Below, in pieces: positions 9,619 to 21,600 of a stretch of DNA of 64,000 nucleotides. Within the stretch, counting starts at the first letter, position 1, and every line of letters begins with the position of its first letter. Under the pieces are notes generated by a model. It was not told the DNA's origin and ran no database searches. It worked only from the letters and a program-made list of their open reading frames with translations. The DNA comes from an uncultured virus (IMG/VR IMGVR_UViG_3300034279_001265) (taxonomy: Duplodnaviria; Heunggongvirae; Uroviricota; Caudoviricetes). The stretch lies in IMG/VR virus record IMGVR_UViG_3300034279_001265; one strand, 5' to 3'. Made by a program: the position numbers and the translations under genes.

Positions 9619-12600
9619 TTATAGGCACTTGATTTTTTCCAGGATCTGATTTGTTGGGGTAGAAGCTCTGAGGTTTGCAATCATTGCCGCAGCAGCTTGT
9701 CTGAAACTCTCTTTAGAAAGACGCTTGCTAGACTGGTTGTAAAGATAGTCAACAACCGGTTGTGTAAGGTTTAGATTGTTCATGTCCATTGTCACATTTC
9801 TATTCTGAGAAGCCAGTTCAAGTACTGCAACACGGTCGCCGTTGTTCTCTTGCCATTGCATGGCTTTATTAGTAGTCATAGAGATGATGGTGTTCTTAGG
9901 TGTCACCAAATACTGAGAGCCTTTGTAGTCTACTAGAACTGCTTTACTACCAGGAATCGCTGTAAGGTTAGAAGCAGACACTGACTTTTTAGAAGCAGGG
10001 CCCTCTAAAGTGGGATTGTAAACCTGCACGGTACTATTACTGTTTATCTTAGTCACTATGAAAGTCTCGTTGTTGAACTTGACAAATTGACCTGGTTCAA
10101 TAACTGCTTCTGTCTGTTGTTCTACAGGTGTTGCCTGCATCATGCTGAGAAGCATGTCTGTAGCATCCGGCATGCTAGTCATCTCTTCTTGAGGTGCTTG
10201 TGCTGCAGAAGTTAATGCTGTTGCTTTACTCCATCTAGAATAACCATTTAATCTTTCTTCTGTATAGCCGTTCTTTTGCAGATATTCTGCAACAAGCTGA
10301 TCTGACAGATTTCCTTTTTCATACTGATTACCTACTCTAAATGAAGCATTTGCTTTTATAGCTGCATTTAATAAAGATTTATACTTAGTGCTTAGAGTTT
10401 CAATAATTTGTTCGCGAGTCACACCTCTAAATAAACCGCTTCCTGATACCATTACAATGTCAGTTTCAGTGTAGTTTCCAGTGTTAGCTTTATTTCCCCA
10501 AGCTTCTTTGTACTTTTTAGTAGAGCTTACAGCTGCATTGCCTGACTGAAAACCAATATACTGAGTAGATTCTTCAGCCATCTGAATATCTTTAGCTGCG
10601 TTGCCAGACATGTCTGTGGGTTTAACTCCTGCTGTTATTAATGGGTTTTCTTTTTTAACACTAACAGGAGCTTGAGCACCTTGTTCACCACTAACAAATT
10701 CTTTAAATCCTTCTATATCTTGTTTACTACCTAATATATTATATTCAGTAGTAGGTTCACTTTTAATATCTTCAAGCATTTGCTTATAAGATGCAGCATG
10801 TCTATCAATAGTTTCATCAGAAACAGCAGCTCTGTTTTCACTTCTTGCTAATTGTGCTTTAATTCTTTGTTTAGCTAATTCTGGATTTAATTCCATTAGC
10901 TTATATTGAATATTAGCAGTAGGTATTTCTTTTTTAATAGCTTCTATAAAAGGTAATCTTTTATCTTTGGTAATATTAGTAGTATCAAATACAACTTGTT
11001 TACCTTGTTTTATAGCTTGTACAGCTCGGTTAGCAGCTTCAATATAAATTTCTTTATCTTTAGATTTATCATTAATATCACCTGTAAATTCAACTCTCAT
11101 TGCATCAGGTTCTATAATTACTAAATTTTCTTGAGGTAAAGATTTTATAAATGTAGATTTACCACTACCACTTGTACCTATTGGTAATATAACATCAGGT
11201 TGCTTAGTATCAAGATATTGAGAGTATAGTTGTTGAGCTTGTTGTTTTTGTTGTGGGGTTATATTATACTTTACTAAGTCTTTTGCTGAAACACCGTTTT
11301 TTGTAAAAAAACCATCTTTATCTTGTTTATATCCTAATTCTAATAATCTATCAATAAATACTTGGTATTGTTTATTTTTTAAATCTCTTGAATCAAAAGC
11401 TACAAAATCAAAATTTTCAGCGTTTATATCTTTTAAAGTACTTTCAATTTGGTTTTTTCTTAAAACTTCATTTGTAAATATAATACTCAATTTTCTTTGG
11501 TATATCTCATCATTGGTTCTTTTACTAAACCCTAAAGCTTCATATACAGCATTAGCTAATTCAGGATTAGATTCAAATAGTTCTTCTACTCCTGGTTTTA
11601 CTTGTGCAGGTTGTGTTGTAGCAGGTTTTGTTGCGACAGGTGCCGGTGCAGCAACAGCAGGAAGCTTTGCTTTGTTAGTTGTGTAAGCAACGTACTTCTC
11701 AATCTCTTGCTTAGACATACCTATAGGTGACATAAGTCCAGTGGAGACAACAGCAGGAATAGCTTTGTACTTGGCAATGCTGCCTTCTACGCTGGACGCG
11801 CCAGTACCTGTGATAGACCTGAACATACTCTCACCAAAGTTCTGATATTCTACTTGTTCACCTACACCTTGCAGTAAGTATGTTATACTTTCTTGTCTGC
11901 TGTCAATCTTGAACATCAAAGGAAACTTGTAAACGCCAGGTTTGCCAAATACGCGTTTTACACCAAAGTTCTTTCCTAGTTCAAACATGGTATCATCGTT
12001 TGCCTCTGGTATTAATGCTGGCTTTGACATGTCAAGTGTGATTTCACTGACCACTTCACCAGCTGCGTTTCTGTTCTGAGGTGTGTATCCTTTTGATGCG
12101 TTTTTGGGTGCTTGACCCATAAATTCCATCAACACATTGCTTGCAATACTAATACGCTCATTATCTGTAGCTGTTTCAGAAAACCTAAAAGACTGCATGA
12201 AGCTTCTGTCTTTTGCAAAAGAGAATTGTCTTGCAATCCTGATCTTGTTGTTGTTTGCCTCCTGACTGGCTGCATCTGCCATAAGCATGAAGACCTCGTC
12301 AAAAAAGTTGTACACGTCTGCCTCTGTAGCTTCATTACCTAAGATGCTTTTTACAGCACTCATCAGTTTTACACGATTACCCTTTGCATTCTCAAGCGCT
12401 TTTACAAAGTCATTAATGTAAGGGGAGAAAGGTCGCATCATCTCTGTAGGAAGAAGTTGTAAGAACGAACCTGACTTGTACATGAGACCTGTTTTGGCAA
12501 GCTCGTAATAGAAAAGCTTTTTGGCAAAAAGGTTTTCTTTGATCATGAGCGCGTATGCGTCGTCTGTTACATCGGATGCGTAGCTACCTGAAATGTTTGC

Positions 12601-15600
12601 TTTAGTGACCAGTTTAAGACCTCTTTCTGTGATCTTTACGCCTTTTTCTGTAAAAGCAGCAGCGTCGCCATTTTCACTGACCAATAACTGTAAGAACTTG
12701 TTGTCAGGATACTTCTGTAGCATCTGTTCTACTTCGTCCTTTAAATTGTTAGTAAAAAAATACACTGCTTTAAATGCATCACGCAGGTTTTGATCATCCC
12801 GTGCAAGCAGGTTGTCTATAGCCTCAACGCCCGTTGTTCTAGATCCTGGCATCAAACGCTGGTACTGACGAAGAGCAATATAGCTGGTGATCATCTTTGC
12901 AATGGTGCTCTTATCTTCAAAGACCTCCTCAAACAGTTGCTTGACCGGCGCAAAAAAGCTTGTTCTTTCCAGAAACAACTTAGAAGACTGCTCATTCAAA
13001 TCTTGCATGGCCTCAAAAAGATACTTGAATACCTGGTCATCCTCAAAGATTTTACTTACAGACTCACTTGTAAAAATGCTGTTCTCGCCGTCTTTAGCAA
13101 GATCAGTCATGTTTTTAAGTAGCTTGTCAAAAGTTACAAACCTGGGGTTTAGTTTCTTAAACGTGTTCAGAATGCTTCCTGCTCTTTGAACAGCAAACTG
13201 CTGTTGTGCCTGACTTGCATAGTAGCTGAGAAGAACGATGCGCTGAGCATCTTCGCTTAAATTTTCAACTGTGTTGGTGTCATTGTTTACAGCTTTGACA
13301 TCATACCCAATTTCTTTAGATGTGAGAGTATTGCTATTAACCTTGGCGGCATCTAGTTTTTGAGCCTTAAAGCTAAGTGCAATGTTTTCTTTTTTCAGTG
13401 CAATATCATAAGACTTAGAAAGAGGAGAAACAACACCAGCGTTTTTCAATTCTTCAAGAACACCAGGATTTTCTTTTACCAGTTTTGCAATCTGATTTTT
13501 GACTTCTTGATGTAAAAACTTTGAACTGTTGACATCAGAACTGCTGATGGCGTACTTAGTAGCCTGGACTGCTTCAACAGCGTTTTTTACTTCTGGTAGG
13601 AAGTTAAACCCAACTGCAAACGTAGGCGAAAGACCCAGTCCTATCATTACAAGCGTGGTGCCTACGTTTTCTTCGTTCATGCCCAATGCAGAAGGTATAG
13701 GTTTTTTCATACCATCTGCAAACATGCCCAGGATGTTTCCTATGCTTGCAATAACGCGCTGGTTTTCCTCACTCAGAGTACCAAAGTTGGTGTATTTCCT
13801 CAAAGTAAGGTCATACTCAGTGTCACCGGTTTCTGTTTTACCTTTTTCAACTGCGATCTGAAACTGCCAAATGACGTTTTCAGAGTTTAGCTCAAGACCA
13901 AACTGTGAAGCCAGTGCTACAAACTTGTTGATATTGGCTGCAATACCAATACCTGACTTGTACACACCACTGATGTTCTTTGTGGCAACCACACCATCAA
14001 TGGACAAGTGATTGTAACCACCACCCATCTGCTTAACGTCTCTTCCAAATTCTTCAGCAATGTCTTCAAAAGCCTGCACTGAAGAACGCTCGTTGATGTA
14101 TAGATAATTAAACACTGCTTCGTTTGACAAAATGTCCATCATAGAGCGCAGGTTGGCGTTCTGAAAAGCAGGGCGCGTTACCTTTTTGTACTTAGGATTG
14201 GCAAGAAAGTTCTCCAGTGTCACTGGCAGACCAAGCTTTTCAAATGCCGCCAGTACAGCGTCGTAGTTCTTGAGCGTATCAACGTCTTCTGAAAGTCTTT
14301 CTGCAGTGTATCCTACAAAAGTCTTGGCATTGTCAGAAGGTTTATAGCTCTCACCCATCGCTTCAATCTTAGCAAGCTCTGACTTAACCAACATCTTTGC
14401 GTCGTCGTCTTTGCTCATGTACTCTACAAACTCGGTGTAACGACCCGCGTCTTCAGAACTGTAAGCGCTGTAGTCTCCATAGAGTACAGGGTTGTCATCA
14501 GCATTAAAGTAATGCGCAAGTGTCTGCCCGTACAAACTGTCAACGTCAAAGTCAGAACCTGCCAACAAGTGTACAAAATGCGGTACAATAATACCGTTCA
14601 GGTTTGCACTGTCAATAAAGTCTACAACCTTAAGTACGATCATAGATCGCTTATCCTCTGTAGGGATACGCGTTGCAAACATCTTGGTCAGCTGCTTCAT
14701 GTAAAACTCCTCATGTTCTTTGTTTCTGAACTGAGGCTTGGGCACAATTGCTTCAACAAAGTAGGTCTTGGTGCCATCGGCATTTGTCTCTACAGACACC
14801 CCTAAAGGACGCGTTTTGACATTAGGATACCTGGCAGGGTTCCTGCGGTAGTCTTCACTGCGAATGATGTTGCCATCCATGTCTGTCATTAGGTCATACC
14901 CAAAAGAAGACATGTGAATACTCTTAAAGCCAGAACGCTTTTCATCAGTGATATGCTTAGAGTACTGTGAGAAGAAATAATACTCCAGCATGTTACGTAT
15001 TCCTGGCAGGTTGGGCGAGTGCACCGGTGTGCCATCAACATTCAGATCAAACAGCTTAAGCGTGTTTACTGGTGCTCCCTGAGACTCCAAAGAAGTTCTG
15101 ATAAGGGTAAAAATTTTACCTACTTCAAAGTCGCCGTCCTTACGCAAAATTGTCTTTAAATTAATTAAGTTTGACTCACCGACGTCTTTAAGTGTACGCT
15201 GATAAGTTCTCAGAATAGTGGCAACTTTTTCCATAGATTTTTGCTCACTCTCTGCAATGTCTCTTCCAGAGGCGCGCATGATTTCAGCAATATTTAAAAG
15301 GTCTGCAGCTATCAGCGCTTTGGCCTGTACAGAAAACTTAGCTGTGTCTTTGACACCTGATGTTTCTACCTGCAGAAACTTATAGCGGTTGTCAACAGCC
15401 ACAGAAGACATTTCAAGGTTTATGTAACTTCCTTCTGTAAGCTTTTGACTTTCAGTAAAGATATCAACAGGTAGCAGTGTAGCGTTTTTAGACGCAGTGG
15501 TGTCCATCAAGTGATCTATCTGGTGGAACTCCATGGCGTTCAACAGATCATGCAGTATTTTGCGAGAAGGAATAGGCTTATAGTACTTATGTATCTCCTG

Positions 15601-18600
15601 CATGTTAACCTTTATCTGTGTCATAAATGGTGCAGGATCCAGACCAGCAATTTTCGCCTCTTTTGCAGCATCCCTTAAAGAATAGACTTCTGCGTAAAGC
15701 ATGTGAATAGTGTCCTGTGCTTTTTTGATGTATTCCCTTTTTCTTTCAGGAGACACAAGAACTTCTTCAGGGATAACAAACACAGACACATCGTTACGGT
15801 CAATGTGAACCTCAGACTGTTTATGATACGCATTGCGCGTTGAAGTCACTGTCTTTTTAGAGTTGTTTACAATGTTGTTTCTCTCAAGCAATGATATTTC
15901 ATCTGCAGTAAGCTTGCGATAGTGCTTTGCTATCATTAGTTCTGCAGCCTCTGCACTCAGACGACCCATGGCATCGTGCATATCCATCTGGTGCATTAGT
16001 GTAGAAAAACTCTGACCATCAAAAACCTCACGCATCATGTCACCATACTTAATGGTTCTTTCAATACCTGTGCTTGGGTCAGTAATTCTTTCTTTTACGC
16101 CGCTCTGTGCTTTAGCAAAGTCAGCAATTAAGATGTCACGCAGGTTTTCAGAAAGCCTTTCATCACCCAGGATCTCATCTGCGTTGTAATAAGGCCCGTA
16201 CATTGGGTAGGTCTCATGTATAAAAGCTTTGATCGTATTGATGTACGCAACTTTGTGATCGCCGCGTTTAGGCGTAGATCCTGCAGCAAGTTGTTTTTTC
16301 TGACGCTTGAAATAATCAGAAGGATCTTTTACGTTCATGGCACTGTCACCATCCAGCAAGTCATTTACTGTAAGTGAGTTAGCCCAGAAGTTAAAAAACG
16401 CATCTGCTACAAAACCTTCCATGTTTTCCTGTTTAGGAATTTCTATAGGCTTAATCTCTGAACCTTTTAGTTTTTCGCCATAGTTTTTAGGAGTTTTATA
16501 GTACTTGTTTTCAAGAACGTTTTCTTGTTTTCTTCCATCTACTATGAGTACAGGTGCAATAAATTCTGAGGTGTATCTTGTAATAGTTCCGTCAGTTCCT
16601 GTTTGAATATATACTGCACCAGTAGCAGTTCTTAAAGGTCGTTTTTCTTTCTTTAAAACTTGCAGTTCGACTAAACGATCAAGATGTTTTTGTAACGCCT
16701 GCTGAGCATAGGTGTTCAATTGGTTACGAAGTGTAACCATTACATCTTCAGGCAGTTCTTCAAACTTAGTACCTGCAAAAGCAAAATCACGCAAACCTGT
16801 GTTGGTGTCGTTGGTGACCAGTTCTGCGTTTGCCTGAAAAAAATCTGGTATCTTGCCAATAAAGTTGTATGCACGCAAGTCTGTGCTATCAACTTCTGCC
16901 TTTGTCACATCATCTTTTTGATGTGTAGCGTTAAACTTCAAAATCAGACTGTGCTTTTCTCCTGCGTCAAAGACCTGTTTTCTTTCAAGTCTTTTGTTGT
17001 ACTCACGCTGAATACGATTGTATTCCTGACGCACAGCATTTGTAAGTGTGTCTGTTATTTTAAGGTGTCCATCTTTTGTTTTTAGCATGCCTTTATTATC
17101 AGCATACTGCTCATATAATGCAGAAATCAAAAAGTTAGTCTGCGATGACTCAAGCTGTGAAAAACTTCTCAGGTAAGTTTGTATCTCAACAAGTTTGTCT
17201 TTTCCTTCAGCGTCTTTGATAACTTGTTTGTGAGAGGTTCTGTTCAGAAAAGAAAGAAGGTGTGTGATATACATTGACTTGCTGTCAATGTTTTTAAAAC
17301 TTTTACCAGGTTTGAACTTGCCGTCAAACACCTGGTTTACTCCACCAAACATTGCAACGCGGAAGTTGCGTAAGAACAATTCCTGCTTTGCTTTGAAAGT
17401 AGCGTTGCCTTCTGGATCAAGCAAAACACCCATTGCTGGATTGTCTTTGAACCAGTCGTTAACATACTCTTCAAAGTAAGGATCCTCTCTTAGCGTTTCT
17501 TCCAATCCTTTTCTTCTTAATGTTTGCGCCAAACGTAGCGCTGGCGTGTAACTCACAAACCGGTAACGCGACTTGTTTTCTGAGTCTTTAACTGTACTCT
17601 GTATACCTTGTGGGTCATATTTGACCATGTAAGCAGCTGCTCTGCGTAAAATAACATTGAAACGATCTACTGTCAGTTCAGCATTTTTGTCTTTAGTTAT
17701 ATACCTTGCAAAAGCGTCATGATTATTTTGGTTGTTGACAGCTTCTTTAATAATTTGTAAGATGCTTAAAAAAAAGTCTTTTTCAAAAAAGATTCCTTCA
17801 GCAATCATCTGTTCATGACTGTTGTAATGATCTACAACTTCTTTGCTAAGCTGCGTGTTGTCATGCACTACATTGTTTTGCGTCTTGTCTATTGCAAGCA
17901 ATGATAAACGTATCAGAGACTTGGGCACGTTAATACCTACAGCATTCATAAGCGTGTGCAACTCACTTGTGAGTTCTTCAAGCTTTTCACCCTGGTTATC
18001 ACTGTCTAAAATAAAATTGCTTTCATAAATTGTTCTTGATAGAGTACTCAAGTCCTGTGCAGCTTTAAGATATGCTTCATCTTTTGCAGAAGAAGCGTGC
18101 TTGGTCTTAATGCTTGTAATAATCTGTGTCTTGCGGAGGTTGATATCCTGAAACAAAACCTGGTCCTTTATAGTATATGAACTGGTTTCTGTACCCATAT
18201 CCATACCTGATGGGTCAGTTTTTTTATTGGTATAAACAGTAGTAGTGATAAAGTCAAGCTCAGTAGTATCCAGCGCATCAATCATCATATTGTAAAGTTG
18301 CTGATTGCTTTGGGGTCTACCGCTGCTGTCCATGTTTGTGAACTTGTGCAGCTTGTCGTAAATGTTGTCAAGATCATCTGCCAGCAAGTTGTTTCCATCA
18401 TAGCGTGCAGTATTGGCAACAACCTTAATATGATCAATGATATTGTCTACTTCAACATCTGATGTAACGCTCATAAGTACACCAAACATCTGGTTACCGT
18501 TTGCAAGACGTGGCAGCGTAATGCCCAGTCTTTCATCTACACGGTTATACTTTAGCAGTGCCAAAAACCTTCTGATTTCTTTGTTGACTCCTTCAAGTTT

Positions 18601-21600
18601 GTTGTACTGATTTAGTCCACTGTCAAAATCTGCAGACTCAGTTTCCTGGTCGTTAGAACCAGTTTCATCATCTTCGTTATACACAGGAGGATTTTCATCT
18701 GTGAGTAGCTCTTCTAATTTTTCTCCTGTAAGCGTGTCTTCTTGTTCTGGTTTGCTTTCTATAAGCGTATTAATCTTTTCAAAGTTTGCTTTGACAAGTT
18801 TCATCAAGGTCTTTTTAGACTCTTGACCATTAGTGTTGTCTACAAAGCTGTCTCCTGTACCGTCATTGCGCTTTACTAAATTAGGACGTACCAAATTATC
18901 ATAGTCAGGATTACCTGTGTTGTTCAAGTCAGGCAGTACTTCATTCCGCATGCGTGCACCCAACATAAAACGATAGTTCTTCCAGGTATTGCCTAAAACT
19001 TCAAGAATCTGATCACGTTTATCAGGATGATTTGCAGTAAGTCTATCAAGGTTGTACACTTTGGCCAAAATAAATTTAGCTATTCTGTCAAAGTTTTGCT
19101 CAAACGTCTGCTTGTTATTATATCTTTTGAGCATGTAGTAAGTCACCATATTGACCAACTCATTTTGCTGTTCTGCAGAATTAAGACTTCCAATTCTGTC
19201 TGTAATTCCTACACCGCCAGGCAAATTTTCAATTTCAACCAGACCTTCAATAATCTCATATGCTGCCTGACCATCATATATGTCAGAAGCCATTACAGAA
19301 GAACTTGCGTAGTAACCGCTGCTTACGCGTGAGTACATTCTGTCAATTTCATTGCTCTTACCTGTAAACATTTCAATCAAACGTTTGAGCAACTGCATCA
19401 GGTCACCAAGAATACCTTTAGGTTTCTTGTTGTCTGTCATATATTTTTGAAAACCATCTGCAAGAATTTCTTCTGCCTGAAGTTGTTTCATGCGCGTCTT
19501 GTCATAGACATAGTTACGCTTGCGTGCAAACTCTTTGAGTGACTCTTCTGTAAACTTAGAAGCATGGACTTTCATCCCAGATACCAAGTCTACAAGACCT
19601 GCGCGATATGCATCTGTCATCAAATATCTAAACACACCGTGAAAGGCCTCATGGTAAACAGTACCTTTCCCTTTAATTTGATTGTTCAGATAGATCACAC
19701 GGTCTTTGAACATCCCCAATACAGTTCCATCTAGGCTTGCAAGATCATTCAGTGTAGATAGATCAAACTCTGAAAGCTTAAACTGAGGGTATGTTTTCTT
19801 TAACCAAGCAACAGCGCTGAGACGTTCAGCATCTGTTTCTGTTTCTACATTGCCTGCCATCATGCTAAACAAAGGCATGCGTGGTATGTCAATAGTGCTA
19901 GGTGCTACAGGTTGTTGCGTAGGATTTTGTACATGAATTTGTACCGGTTTTTCTACTGTAACAGGTACTGGAGCAGGAGCAGGAATACTGCTTAGATTAC
20001 TCACATTATTTTTAGGAGTAATAACAAAACGCCTCATGCCAGAATCAACATGCATGTAGTTGTTCAGGTTAGAACCAAAACGTGCACGTGCGTTAATACC
20101 ATTTTTAGGAGTGTATTTTGGTGAAAAAGAAATATTTGGTACAACAGTACCATCTTTTTCTTCACGAAAAAACAAAAACTCTGGTCTAAATACACCATTG
20201 TAAGTAAAATCCTCTTTAAGATTCTGCATGAACCTGGGATCTTCACTGGTCTGTGTCTCAAGTTTGTTAAGCACCTGATTACGAATTTGCTGTGAAAATC
20301 TTTCTCTTGCTTCTTTAACAGCATTAGCAAGTTCTACAATCAACCCATCAACAGAACCTCTGCGGCTCATGACAGTAATTGTCCTGTAAAACTCGTAAAG
20401 ATCTTCAGCTTTACTAAGATCAAACTTTGCAAGCTCAGGAAACTTTTCCTGAATTTGTTTTACAAGTTTTCCTTCACTAAGCGCTTTTGCAGTAGTAGTG
20501 ATGATTTTTTCATCAAACAAAAAGTTGTAAAGCCTTTTGTTCTCCTCCATAAAACCATAACGATTATCTTTTCTGGCGGTCTTAATCCAAAATTGAAGTT
20601 GACCTTTTTTTGTAGTTGAAAAAGCAACATAAAGTGGTTGATCATTTTTTGTTTTGCTACTAGCAGGCTTAAAAGAATACTCATAAAATTCAAAGTTTTT
20701 TATGTCTGTTTCTCTATTGGTACTGTTAGTCAATACAGTGCTAAGCTCAAAAATAAAGTTGGCAAACTCTTCTACTGGTGACATTGTACCCACATTTTCT
20801 GCAATATTGTAGGTAGGAATCGCACCATCTCTAAACTTAATGACCAGGTTCATTTGATCCTTGTCTGTAGGTTTTAAAAGATTTTCTACAGTCCTAGGAT
20901 TAAGACCAAGTATTTCTTTTGCATACCGTTCCATACTCAATAGAATGGGTTCAGCACCTGACTCTGGTATATACTCTATTTTTTCATCTTTATCCAGCAA
21001 ATCCACCATTTGAAAATCTGCTAACGTTTTGCGAATACGATTATACAAAAATGGTATCTGGCGTTCTTCTTTAACTCCAGTCTTTGTGTTAACAACCGTA
21101 AGCTGCTTGTATAGCGTAGGATCTGACTCAAGTTTTTTACCAAGAGGTGTAAGAGTCTTAAAAGACCGTGTGGACTGCATTTCATACGCGGCAGCAAACT
21201 GCTCTGTAATATCTATAGAGGTTTCACCACTGGTAAATTCTGACATCAAATCATCCTGCACAGACGCTACAAACTCTTGGTACTTCTCTGCGCTGTCTTT
21301 GATGTTTTCTAAATCCTGCTCTGTAAGTTCTACGTTTCCTTTGTTTGTTGCTTTGACACTAAGACGCTTTAACTCTGCAAGATGTCCTGGATTGCTAAAA
21401 TCTACCCGCTCTGTAGTGTTGTCAGAAGATACAAAAGTGTAGTTGTTGCTGCTGTACAGGTAAAACTTTTTGTCTGTTCCTATAAAGCTTCCAACCAATA
21501 CAAAGCTTTGCTCTGATGCTTTAGGGCGCGACACTGTAACTACCTTGCCATTGCTTTCAGAAAGTAGGTAAGCTCTCTGCGCACTGTTCTCAAATGTCTC

